DNA of 64,000 nucleotides from Thermoflexus hugenholtzii JAD2 (GTDB lineage Bacteria; Chloroflexota; UBA11872; UBA12225): assembly GCA_945865725.1 (NCBI GenBank), contig CAMBEO010000001.1:51102-115101 (forward strand). Reading direction: 5' to 3'. Positions 53,535 to 61,800 of the stretch are shown piece by piece. Under the pieces are notes generated by a model, which was given only the letters and a program-made list of their open reading frames with translations, searched no databases and was not told the DNA's origin. The translations under genes and the position numbers were made by a program. The number at the start of each line of letters is the position of its first letter. Position 1 is the stretch's first letter.

Positions 53535-53684
53535 ACGGCGCCCGTCCCGAGGCCAGCCACCACGGACTGAGCGGGAACGGGCGACTCATTGGAAGCGCCG
53601 GCGTCCTGCCGGCCGGTCGCCCACGCTTCGCCCGGGAACGGCTTCCCCACCGGAAGCGGCGGCGGACCCGGCTAGACTTGCGTC

Positions 53685-54710
53685 GTGGAGGTCGTGCCCT
53701 ACTCCCCCGAGTGGCTGCCCGGCCTCGGCAGCCTCGCCCGGGCACATGCCCGCCTCGTCGTCCCCGGCACGATCCCCGACGACGTCGCCGTCGCGCGCGG
53801 TCTCGACCGCCACCTTGCCTGGCCCTTCTACACCCCGGGCATGGACGCATCGCAGGTGCGCCTCGTCGTCGAGGACGGCGAGGTCCTCGCCGCGGCCCAA
53901 CTTGGCATCGCCGACCACGGGTGGGGGTACGGCGCCGCCGACGGCGATGGCCCGGACTGGGTTCACGACACCCACGCGACGATCTTCTGGCTCTTCGCCT
54001 GGCCCGGGCTACCGGCCGCCGACCGCGCCGCCGCCCTCCTGGCGGCTTCCATGGTCCGGTGGGCGCGCGGCGAGGGACTGCCGGGCCTCGAGGCCTTTCG
54101 TGGCGGCCCCGGCTTCCTGCAGTTCGGCACGCAATGCTCCTCCCGGTGGCCCCACCTCTGGGGACCCCTGCGCAGCCTCGGCTTCCGCCAGCCACGCCCC
54201 CTCGTCGTCTACGCTGGCCTCACCGATCCCGACACCCTGCCCGAACCCGGTGACGAGGCCCTCCCCGTCGAGGTGGTGCAGCGGCGCGGACGCATCGAGG
54301 CCTGGCTTGATGGCACGCAGTACGGCGTCTGCGATGCCGAGATCCTCGGCGACCGCCTCGGCCCCGACCTGAAGGCGCATTACGTCGATCCCGCCGACCC
54401 CGTGGCCGACGTGGCGCACCCGGGTACGGGCACCAGCGACGGCGACGGGACGCCGCGGCGGCGGGCCCCGGGACGCGCTCCCGGTCGCCGCTGGGGACAC
54501 GTCCGTCGCCTGTGGGTCGATGAAGACGCCCGCGGCCTCGGGATCGGCACGGCCCTCATGCGCGCGCAGGTCGCGCGCCTCGCCGCGCGGGGCGTCGGCA
54601 ACTGGGCCTTGCACCTGCCCGACGGGACCGGCGTCGGCCCCGCCCACGGCCTCTACGCCCGCTTCGGGCGCGTGGTCGACCACCAGTACGTCCTGCGCCT
54701 TTCCTTTTAG
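53685..54710 (+). CDS. GNAT-family N-acetyltransferase-like protein
   Basis: C-terminal RRLWVDEDARGLGIGTALMRAQVARLAARG is the acetyl-CoA binding motif A (R/Q-x-x-G-x-G/A). The N-terminal two thirds were not recognised. Confidence 0.55.
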   Translation: MEVVPYSPEWLPGLGSLARAHARLVVPGTIPDDVAVARGLDRHLAWPFYTPGMDASQVRLVVEDGEVLAAAQLGIADHGWGYGAADGDGPDWVHDTHATIFWLFAWPGLPAADRAAALLAASMVRWARGEGLPGLEAFRGGPGFLQFGTQCSSRWPHLWGPLRSLGFRQPRPLVVYAGLTDPDTLPEPGDEALPVEVVQRRGRIEAWLDGTQYGVCDAEILGDRLGPDLKAHYVDPADPVADVAHPGTGTSDGDGTPRRRAPGRAPGRRWGHVRRLWVDEDARGLGIGTALMRAQVARLAARGVGNWALHLPDGTGVGPAHGLYARFGRVVDHQYVLRLSF

Positions 54711-55264
54711 GGACGGCGCAGGCATTGCGGGGACACCGCGGGCGCGTCCACGGGGCACGCCGGGCACCACCGCGCTCGCGGAGGCACGCACCTCGGAGCG
54801 CGGCCGCACCATGGCATCGCAGGCGCGTCGATTGCTCACCGGGAGTGCCGACCCGCGCCGCGCGGCCGCGTTGGTTGCGGCGCCCCATCTGGCGGTGGGC
54901 GCGGCGGCGACCGGTTAACTACCGCGGGCTCCCCGCCATGCCGAATCGACTCGTGGACACGGGGAATGCGCCCACTGGGCGCGATCGATACGGACGGGGT
55001 GCCTGCCAGCAACCCGCCTCCCGGTGTCGGTTGCCTGAGGGCAGCCGGTACCCACGCATCAGGCGCCTGCCAGCGAATGTTGCGGTTGATCGGTCGCGCG
55101 CGGTGGTCCGGAACTCGGCGTGAAACCTCGACGCCGCGTCCCGGGATCTAGCGGACCGCCTGCGCACGTTCGGCTCTGCCGTGCGCAAGGCGACCGCCAT
55201 CTCCCCGTCGAGGCGGCGCGAGCGGAGTTGCGCCGGTCCACTCATGGGATAGGGAGATCTCTCG

Positions 55265-56116
55265 ATGGCACTGCGGATCAACTACAACCTCGCCGCGTCG
55301 GTGGCGCAACGAAGCCTCGGCGTCAGCCAGGACAACTACGCAAGGAACGCGAATCGCCTTGCGACCGGCCTGCGCATCAACTCGGCCGCTGACGACGGCG
55401 CTGGCATGGCCGTCTCCGAGCGCCTGAAGAACCAGGTCCGTGGCCTCAACCAGGCGGCGCGCAACGCGCAGGACGGCATCAGCCTGATCCAGACCGCCGA
55501 GGGCGCGATGAGCGAGACCCACGGCCTCCTCGCCCGCATGCGCGAACTCGCCGTCCAGGCCGCGAACGACACGATCAACAACACCGACCGCCTCAACTTG
55601 AGGACCGAGTTCACGTCGCTCTACGTCGAGATCGACCGCATCGCCAATGCGACCCAGTTCAACGGCGTGGCGGTCCTCACTGGCGGCAGCATCGCGGTCA
55701 ACCTGCAGATCGGCGCGAACAAGAATGACTCTTCCGTCAACGACAACATCTTCGTATTGAACGTCACGCCGGCCGGCAGCTTCTTCGCGAGCATCCTGTC
55801 ACCGACGATGACCGACATGGGCGTGACGTCCCAGTCGGTCGCGAACCTCGCGATCTCGACCCTCGACTACGCGATCAACGCCGTCAGCACCGCGCGCACG
55901 AGCGTCGGGTCGATGCAGACCCGCCTCGAGAGCGTCACCCGCACGCTGAACGTCGCGTCGGAAAACGCCGCCGCCGCGAACAGTCGCATCGCCGACGCCG
56001 ACATCGCGCTGAGCATGAGCGAGCTCGTCCGCGCCCAGATCCTGCAACAGGCCGGCATCTCCGTCCTCGCGCAGGCCAACCAGGCGCCTTCGCTCGTCCT
56101 CCAGCTCCTCAAGTAA
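55265..56116 (+). CDS. fliC: flagellin, short type (283 aa), copy 2
   Basis: LATGLRINSAADDGAGMAVSERLKNQVRGLNQAARNAQDGISLIQTAEGAM at the N-terminus and RIADADIALSMSELVRAQILQQAGISVLAQANQAPSLVLQLLK at the C-terminus. Confidence 0.95.
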   Translation: MALRINYNLAASVAQRSLGVSQDNYARNANRLATGLRINSAADDGAGMAVSERLKNQVRGLNQAARNAQDGISLIQTAEGAMSETHGLLARMRELAVQAANDTINNTDRLNLRTEFTSLYVEIDRIANATQFNGVAVLTGGSIAVNLQIGANKNDSSVNDNIFVLNVTPAGSFFASILSPTMTDMGVTSQSVANLAISTLDYAINAVSTARTSVGSMQTRLESVTRTLNVASENAAAANSRIADADIALSMSELVRAQILQQAGISVLAQANQAPSLVLQLLK

Positions 56117-56134
56117 CCCGCGGGTCCATCGTGC

Positions 56135-56169
56135 GACCGGGGCGGGCGTTCCTCGCGCCCGCCCCGGTC
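56135..56169. terminator. hairpin between convergent flagellin 2 and nhaA (bidirectional terminator candidate)
   Basis: 14-bp stem gaccggggcgggcg / cgcccgccccggtc with a 7-nt loop. Confidence 0.5.
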
Positions 56170-56211
56170 ACACGCACGAGGCCCGGTCTCACCCTCTCGG
56201 CCCGAGGCACG

Positions 56212-57615
56212 TCACGCCGACGTTGATCGTCCGCCCCCGCCTCCCGCCGTCGCGCGGCGCGGGTCTTCAAGCAGGATCCGCCCGATCCCGATACCGACGA
56301 CCGCCGCCACCACGCTCCCTGCCAGCGTGCCGGACTTCGCCCCGGCAAGCAGGTACGGGTCGGCGAACGCCAGTTGTGCCACGAAGAGCGACATCGTGAA
56401 GCCGACGCCGGCGACTGCGCCCAGGACGACGAGGTGGCGCCACCCGAGGCCGGTCGGCAGCGCCGCGACCCCAAGCCTGATCGCCAGCGCACACGCGATC
56501 AGGACCCCTATCGGCTTGCCCACGACCAGCCCGACGGCCACGCCCGCGACGACCCGTGCCGCCGGCCCGTCAAGGCCGCCCGCCGAGATCGCCACCCCGG
56601 CGTTCGCGAGCGCGAAGGCCGGCATGATCCCGTAGGCGACCCACGGTTGCAGGCGCTCGGCGTGCCGCGCGACCGGTGATCGCGCCTCGCGCGCGGCGAA
56701 AGCGACCGCACGCGCCGGGTCCGCGACGTCTTGCGACCCGCCAGAGGTCCGGCTGTCGCCCAGGCGATCGAGCGCCCCGGTCAGCGCCCCGCGCAGGTCG
56801 GACGGAAGCCACCAGGCTCGCACGGGCGTCATCAACCCCACCACGACCCCCGCGATCGTCGGGTGGACGCCCGCGAGGTACGTGCCCGCCCATGCGACCG
56901 CCGCCGGGGGCACGTACGCCAGCGAAGACCGCACGCCGGCCGCCTGCATCGCCAGGATCGTCGCCACCGCCGTACCGGCGATCGCCAGGCCCGTCGCCTC
57001 GACCCCCGACGTGTAGAACACGGCAATCACCACGATTGCCCCAACGTCGTCGATTACCGCGAGGGCGAGGAGAAGCACGCGCAACGCCGGCGGCACGCGC
57101 CGGCCAAGGATGGAGAGGATGCCGACGGCGAAGGCGATGTCGGTCGCCACCGGCGTGCCCCACCCCCGCCGCGTCAACGGATCACCGGCGATCACCAGGT
57201 AGATCAGCGCCGGCACGACCATCCCGCCAAGCGCCGCGATGGCCGGGAGGGCCGCACGACGCCACTCCGACAGCTCCCCGTCGTGCATCTCGCGCCGGAT
57301 TTCGAGGCCGGCCACGAAGAAGAAGACGACCATCACGACGTCGTTGACGAACCACGCCAGCGACCGCTCGAAGACCATCGGTCCGACGCGCACGCCTACG
57401 GGCGTGTCCCACAGGCGGACGTAGGAGTCGGCCCACGGCGAGTTCGCCCAGGCCATCGCGATCACCGCGACCGTCACGAGGAGGAGGCCGCTCGCCGACT
57501 CGATCTCGAGGACCCGGTCGATCACCCCGCGTGCCCGGCGGGCGAGGCGGTGGAGCGGTGGCCATGCCCCGGGCGGCGCCGACTGCCTCGTTTCCCCTCG
57601 TCCCGCCATTTCCAT
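56212..57615 (-). CDS. nhaA: Na+/H+ antiporter NhaA
   Basis: ...SLAWFVNDVVMVVFFFVAGLEIRREM...GMVVPALIYL...GWGTPVATDIAFAVGIL. ATG 57615 with GGGAGGG upstream. Confidence 0.85.
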   Translation of the reverse strand: MEMAGRGETRQSAPPGAWPPLHRLARRARGVIDRVLEIESASGLLLVTVAVIAMAWANSPWADSYVRLWDTPVGVRVGPMVFERSLAWFVNDVVMVVFFFVAGLEIRREMHDGELSEWRRAALPAIAALGGMVVPALIYLVIAGDPLTRRGWGTPVATDIAFAVGILSILGRRVPPALRVLLLALAVIDDVGAIVVIAVFYTSGVEATGLAIAGTAVATILAMQAAGVRSSLAYVPPAAVAWAGTYLAGVHPTIAGVVVGLMTPVRAWWLPSDLRGALTGALDRLGDSRTSGGSQDVADPARAVAFAAREARSPVARHAERLQPWVAYGIMPAFALANAGVAISAGGLDGPAARVVAGVAVGLVVGKPIGVLIACALAIRLGVAALPTGLGWRHLVVLGAVAGVGFTMSLFVAQLAFADPYLLAGAKSGTLAGSVVAAVVGIGIGRILLEDPRRATAGGGGGRSTSA

Positions 57616-57829
57616 GCGCCGCCCTCCCGTGTTGTACCCGAGCGACCCCCGTGCCGGTCCGCCTCGCGGACGCCGACAAGGGCTTGCGAGCGGACCATGA
57701 TGGGCGTCGGGTCCGGGCTCCGAGCGCCCCACCCGCACCGTGGGCGCGACCGGGCAGCCCCCTCGCAGGCGGTGGGGCACGGCCCCCCGCCAACGCGTGC
57801 TCGACGTGACGTACAACCGTGCGGCCTGC

Positions 57830-58999
57830 ATGCCGATGACCGGGACCGACGCCCACCCACCGCTCCCGCTCGACGCGATCCGGCGCCTCGCCGGGCTGCC
57901 GCCGGACGACGCCCCGACTCTGGGTGGCGGCTACTCGCATGTCGTCGTCGGGATCGACCGCTCCCACGTCCTCCGTTTCGCCCGTCCTGACCGCGCCGTG
58001 CGCTTGCGCCACGAGGCGTCGATCCTCCGAACCATCCATGCCTCCCGCGAGACGGGTCCGGTTCGTAATCGCCTCCCCCGGGTAGTCGCCGAGATCGAGG
58101 GCGACGCGCTGCCTTCGGCCGGTGGCCGGCGCCCGGGGTCGCCCCTCACCGGTCCCGCGCCACGTGACTGGTCGGGATACCGCCGGGCGCGGTTGCGGTC
58201 GCCGGAGTACGCGGCCCTCACCGGTCCCGCGCCACGTGACTGGTCGGGATGGCATGGCCTCGTGATCCCGCGGTTCCACGGCACGAACGCGTTCCGGGCG
58301 TGGCTTGGCGCCGACGAGGCCCGCCGCTCGGGTTGGGTCGCGCAGGCGGTCGGCATCCTTCGGGAAGTCCATCGCATTCGCGGGGGCACGTACGTCGCCG
58401 GGTGGTTCGACACGCGCCACGAGGCTGCCGGCCATGACTGGCGCGCGACGTACCGGCACTACCTCGATGACCTGTCGGCGCGACTGTCGACCGCCGACCT
58501 CGGTGGCGCCCGTCCGCTGGTCACTGCAGCGACGCGCGCCGCATTCGACCGCCTTGACTCCCTCGCGTACGTGGCCGGGCCGGTCATGGGCCACGGAGAC
58601 TTCCACCTGCATAACGTGGTCGTCGATGGCGACCTCGTGACCGGCATCATCGACTGGGAATGGGCCGGCCCGACCGAACCGGACGCCGACCTCGCCCACC
58701 TCCTCCGATGGGCGGCCTTCCCTGCTCACCCGGCCGACGAGGACCTCGAGGCGTCGGTGTCCGCATCAGACTTCGCGATCGTCGCCCCTGCGGCGTGGGA
58801 GGCATATCCCGAGGTCGCGGGCACGCCCGACCTCGAGGCGAGGCATCTCGTCTACCAGGTCAGCCACGACCTGCACGCACTGACCCGTGACCCCCGGTCC
58901 GCGCAGGCGACCACGCGCCTCGCCGCCTGGCTTGACGGCCGACTGGCATCGCTGATGCCTGGCGCCGCGACCTCCCCCTCCGGGACCGGGGCCACCTAG
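57830..58999 (+). CDS. APH-family phosphotransferase-like protein (second copy)
   Basis: ...VMGHGDFHLHNVVVDGDLVTGIIDWEWAGPTEPDADLAHL contains the HGD..N and D.E motifs. It carries an internal 36-bp direct repeat. Confidence 0.65.
   Translation: MPMTGTDAHPPLPLDAIRRLAGLPPDDAPTLGGGYSHVVVGIDRSHVLRFARPDRAVRLRHEASILRTIHASRETGPVRNRLPRVVAEIEGDALPSAGGRRPGSPLTGPAPRDWSGYRRARLRSPEYAALTGPAPRDWSGWHGLVIPRFHGTNAFRAWLGADEARRSGWVAQAVGILREVHRIRGGTYVAGWFDTRHEAAGHDWRATYRHYLDDLSARLSTADLGGARPLVTAATRAAFDRLDSLAYVAGPVMGHGDFHLHNVVVDGDLVTGIIDWEWAGPTEPDADLAHLLRWAAFPAHPADEDLEASVSASDFAIVAPAAWEAYPEVAGTPDLEARHLVYQVSHDLHALTRDPRSAQATTRLAAWLDGRLASLMPGAATSPSGTGAT
58143..58250. repeat. two exact 36-bp direct repeats separated by 36 bp, in frame inside the kinase-like gene
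   Basis: ccctcaccggtcccgcgccacgtgactggtcgggat occurs at 58143-58178 and 58215-58250. It codes LTGPAPRDWSG twice. Confidence 0.9.
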
Positions 59000-59061
59000 G
59001 AGGCTGTCCGGTAATCGCAAGTACCTGGCAAGTCGGCCGCCCGGGTCCGGGGGCGCGTGCG

Positions 59062-59214
59062 CCATGGGGTTCCTGGTCCGCGGGCATCCCTGCCCGCCGG
59101 GGCGGGGGAGCGAAGGCCGTCTCCGGTCCGCCATCCGGTAGCCATCCGGGCGACCTCCCTCTTGGGCGGTCATCCCACGGCGGCAGGGCGGGCAAGGATG
59201 CCCGCGGACCATGG
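59062..59214. mobile_element. MITE-like element bounded by about 27-bp terminal inverted repeats (family B)
   Basis: Left end ccatgg(ggttcc)tggtccgcgggcatccctgcccgcc. Right end ggcgggcaaggatgcccgcggaccatgg. The two are reverse complements with 1 mismatch plus a 6-nt insertion. Confidence 0.65.
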
Positions 59215-59280
59215 CTCGCCCCGGACGTCGGGGCTGGTCGCCGACCTTCCCCATCGACCGCCGAAATGTCGGACAGGCTT

Positions 59281-60183
59281 CTAGACGTCAATCACGTCCA
59301 GGTCGTTCGGGACGAGGACTTCGCCCGCGAAGTGCGCCGATGCCTCCGCTCGTACGATTTCCGGATGCTCCCCCGTCCGCGCATTCAGGTGGTGGAGCGC
59401 GAGGCGCCGTGCCCGCGCCACGGTCGCCACCATCCCCGCGATTGCCGCCGTCGCGTGGCCACTCCCGAGGACGAGAAGCGGGTTCGCCCCGAGGGCGTCG
59501 GCCTCGACGGCCTCATGCACGAGCAGGTCGGCACCAGCGGCAAAGCGCGACATGTTGAGGTTCGGCCCGGTATCCCCGGAGACGACGAGGCGGCGGGTCG
59601 GGCCGTCCGCATGGCGCGCGTCGATCCGCACCGACTGGGCCGGCACCGGCGGGGCACCGTGCGACACCGCCATCGTCTCGATCACCGCCACCACCCCGTC
59701 AGGGATTTCCTGACCGGCGCGAACCGCCGGATCAGGGATGACCACGTTGGTGCCATCGTCGCGGGCCTCGAGACGCCAGAGGTAGTCGCCCGGGTCGCAC
59801 CCGTGCCAGCGCACCCGGTCGGCAAGCCACCACGGGTTCTGCAGTCCGGGGAAGAACGTCTCGCACGCCGCGCGCAGGCCGGCGACGGCCGGCGCGGGCG
59901 CGCACACGTCGACCTGCCCGACCACTTGCCCGCGCACGGTCGCCATCGCGAGCTGGAACAGCACGAACGGCAGGCCAGCGGCATGGTCGAGGTGCTGGTG
60001 CGTCAGGATGATTGCCCGGATGCGCGTGACGTCGGCCCCGGCAGCCTCGAGGGAGAGGAGGACCTCGTTCCCGCCGCCCGTGTCGATGAGGACGTGCGTC
60101 CCGTCGGGAAGGGTCACCAACGTGGCGGCGCACCGGCGTCGCGGGTCTCGCGTGCTTCCCGTCCCGAGGAATGTCACCCGCAT
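59281..60183 (-). CDS. MBL-fold metallo-hydrolase, RNase Z/BN-like (paralog 1)
   Basis: MRVTFLGTGS...VLIDTGGG...AIILTHQHLDHAAGLP...VVSGDTGPN...ADLLVHEA...GHATAAIAG...LALHHL. GAGGGGGGAG RBS. Confidence 0.75.
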   Translation of the reverse strand: MRVTFLGTGSTRDPRRRCAATLVTLPDGTHVLIDTGGGNEVLLSLEAAGADVTRIRAIILTHQHLDHAAGLPFVLFQLAMATVRGQVVGQVDVCAPAPAVAGLRAACETFFPGLQNPWWLADRVRWHGCDPGDYLWRLEARDDGTNVVIPDPAVRAGQEIPDGVVAVIETMAVSHGAPPVPAQSVRIDARHADGPTRRLVVSGDTGPNLNMSRFAAGADLLVHEAVEADALGANPLLVLGSGHATAAIAGMVATVARARRLALHHLNARTGEHPEIVRAEASAHFAGEVLVPNDLDVIDV

Positions 60184-60190
60184 CGTCGGC

Positions 60191-60233
60191 TCCCCCCTCT
60201 CTCTCGGCGCGGGCGAGGGGCAGGGGTGTGAGG
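60191..60233. repeat. family-A hairpin repeat between the two MBL genes
   Basis: tcccccctctctctcggcgcgggcgaggggcaggggtgtgagg. Confidence 0.7.
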
Positions 60234-60343
60234 CCCTACTCGGGACCGGGAGCGCCGGCGCCCGGCCCTCGGGCATCCTAACCCGGCGCCGGAGGGACGG
60301 TCCTCGGGGGATCCTTCGTGTCTCGCCCGCCCGTGCCGGGGGC

Positions 60344-61267
60344 CTACACCTCGACCGTGTCGAGGTCGCTCGGCACGAGGATCTCGCCGGCGAAGTGCCG
60401 CGCCGCCTCGTCGCGTGCCGCCTCCGGGCGGTTCGACCACGACGACCCGAGGTGGTGCAATGCGAGGCGCCGCGCCTTGGCCCGGGTCGCCACGCGGGCA
60501 GCCGTCGCCGCCGTCGCGTGCCCGATGGTGGACGTGGCATCGACGTCGTGCCCGAGCGCCTCGACGGACGACGCCTCGTGCACGAGCAGGTCGGGCTCCG
60601 GCCCGACCCGGCCAAGCTCGAGGTTCGGCCCGGAATCGCCGGAAAACGTGATGCGCCGCATCGAACCGTCCGGCATCGCGACGTCGATCCGCACCGCCTG
60701 CGCGGGAAGCGGTGGCGCACCGTGCGACACCGCCATCGTCGCGATCGTCGCGATCGCGCCGGGACGAGGCACCGCGGGACCGGTCGGCGCTAGGTCGAGG
60801 GCCCGCGCCGCCGTCCCGTCCTCCATGAGGTCAAGTCCCCACAGGTACTGCCACGGGTCGCAGGCGTGCCACGTGGCGCGGTCGCCGAGGCACCAGGGGC
60901 CGAAAATCCCCGGGTAGAGCGTCTCGCACATCCCGCGCAGGCCGTCGACGGCCGGTGCCGGCGCGCAAATCTCGATGCGCCCGCGACTCGCCCCCGGCGC
61001 CAGCGACATGAAGCGGATGCCCGTCACCACGAACGGCAGGCCACCGGCGTGGTCCAGATGCTGGTGCGTCAGGACGATCGCCCGCACGCGGCACGGGTCG
61101 ATCCCGAGCTGCCGCATCCCGAACATCGCCTCCTGGCCCGCGCCGGTATCGACGAGGATCACGTCACCGCCGGGAAGGGTGACCGCGGTACTGGCGCAGC
61201 GCCGCGTCATGTCCGCGATGCTGCCCGTGCCAAGGAACGTCACGCGAACGGTGTCCATCGCGTCCAA
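60344..61267 (-). CDS. MBL-fold metallo-hydrolase, RNase Z/BN-like (paralog 2)
   Basis: VRVTFLGTGS...ILVDTGAG...AIVLTHQHLDHAGGLP...TFSGDSGPN...PDLLVHEA...GHATAATAA...LALHHL. Collinear with paralog 1. Confidence 0.75.
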   Translation of the reverse strand: MDAMDTVRVTFLGTGSIADMTRRCASTAVTLPGGDVILVDTGAGQEAMFGMRQLGIDPCRVRAIVLTHQHLDHAGGLPFVVTGIRFMSLAPGASRGRIEICAPAPAVDGLRGMCETLYPGIFGPWCLGDRATWHACDPWQYLWGLDLMEDGTAARALDLAPTGPAVPRPGAIATIATMAVSHGAPPLPAQAVRIDVAMPDGSMRRITFSGDSGPNLELGRVGPEPDLLVHEASSVEALGHDVDATSTIGHATAATAARVATRAKARRLALHHLGSSWSNRPEAARDEAARHFAGEILVPSDLDTVEV

Positions 61268-61295
61268 CCTCCCGCGCCCCGCGCCTGAAAGCGAA

Positions 61296-61329
61296 CTGGC
61301 CGCCAGTCCTCACATGGACCGGCGGCCAG
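61296..61329 (-). terminator. hairpin immediately 3-prime of ssrA
   Basis: 9-bp stem ctggccgcc / ggcggccag with a 16-nt loop. On the minus strand it is followed by ttcgctttc. Confidence 0.45.
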
Positions 61330-61336
61330 ATTCTAG

Positions 61337-61689
61337 GGTGGAGATGGGGGCGAGTCGAACGCCCCGTCCAGAACGGTCTGCCCAGAAGTGACTACGAGCG
61401 TAGCCGGTTCGTTAGTATCGCGCCGTTGACCCGGACCGGCAACGTTCCGCGGGCGCTATCCCCAAATCTGTAGCCGACCCCCCGGGGAGAAGGATCGGAG
61501 CACCATGGCATTGTTGCGCCCATTCTCCGCCCACCATGGCGGGGCTCGGATGGACGGCAGCCTTACTTAGGCTGCGAGTGCGTACTGACGTTCGCCAGGT
61601 ACTTGTTTGTCCGTTGTTTAACGAGAAAGCGACGGACACCTCGGCTCGCCACTTCTGACCGCGCTGCCCTGTCGAAACCCGTCATCCCC
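61337..61689 (-). ncRNA. ssrA: tmRNA (SsrA)
   Basis: The minus strand begins GGGGATGACGGGTTTCGACAGGG and ends GGGGCGTTCGACTCGCCCCCATCTCCACC. That gives a tRNA-like T-arm and an acceptor stem GGGGATG/CATCTCC with a G3-U pair as in E. coli. An internal reading frame GGC GAA CGT CAG TAC GCA CTC GCA GCC TAA encodes GERQYALAA. It lies next to smpB. Confidence 0.9.
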
Positions 61690-61800
61690 CTGCCCACGCG
61701 CACGCCATCGCGGCGACACGCACGGTGCATGGCAACGGTAGCACGCGACACGCCTGCACGCAAGGGACGCCCTCACGGTTTGTCACGTGCGATGCCCGTA

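Noticed and set aside
58143-58250. A 36-bp repeat, 36-bp spacer, 36-bp repeat arrangement that superficially resembles a minimal CRISPR array.
   Set aside because: There are only two repeats. They lie in frame inside a kinase-like ORF, encode the same peptide twice, and have no cas genes or leader nearby. A local duplication is the simpler explanation.
61563-61600. Alternative tmRNA tag frame GCG AAC GTC AGT ACG CAC TCG CAG CCT AAG TAA (ANVSTHSQPK).
   Set aside because: It starts with Ala-Asn like the E. coli tag. The other frame, however, ends in the near-universal YALAA degradation signal, which makes it far more likely.
61412-61763. ORFs 61412-61639 (-) and 61563-61763 (-) from the six-frame track.
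   Set aside because: They overlap the tmRNA gene. The second is simply the tmRNA tag region read in the wrong frame and extended.
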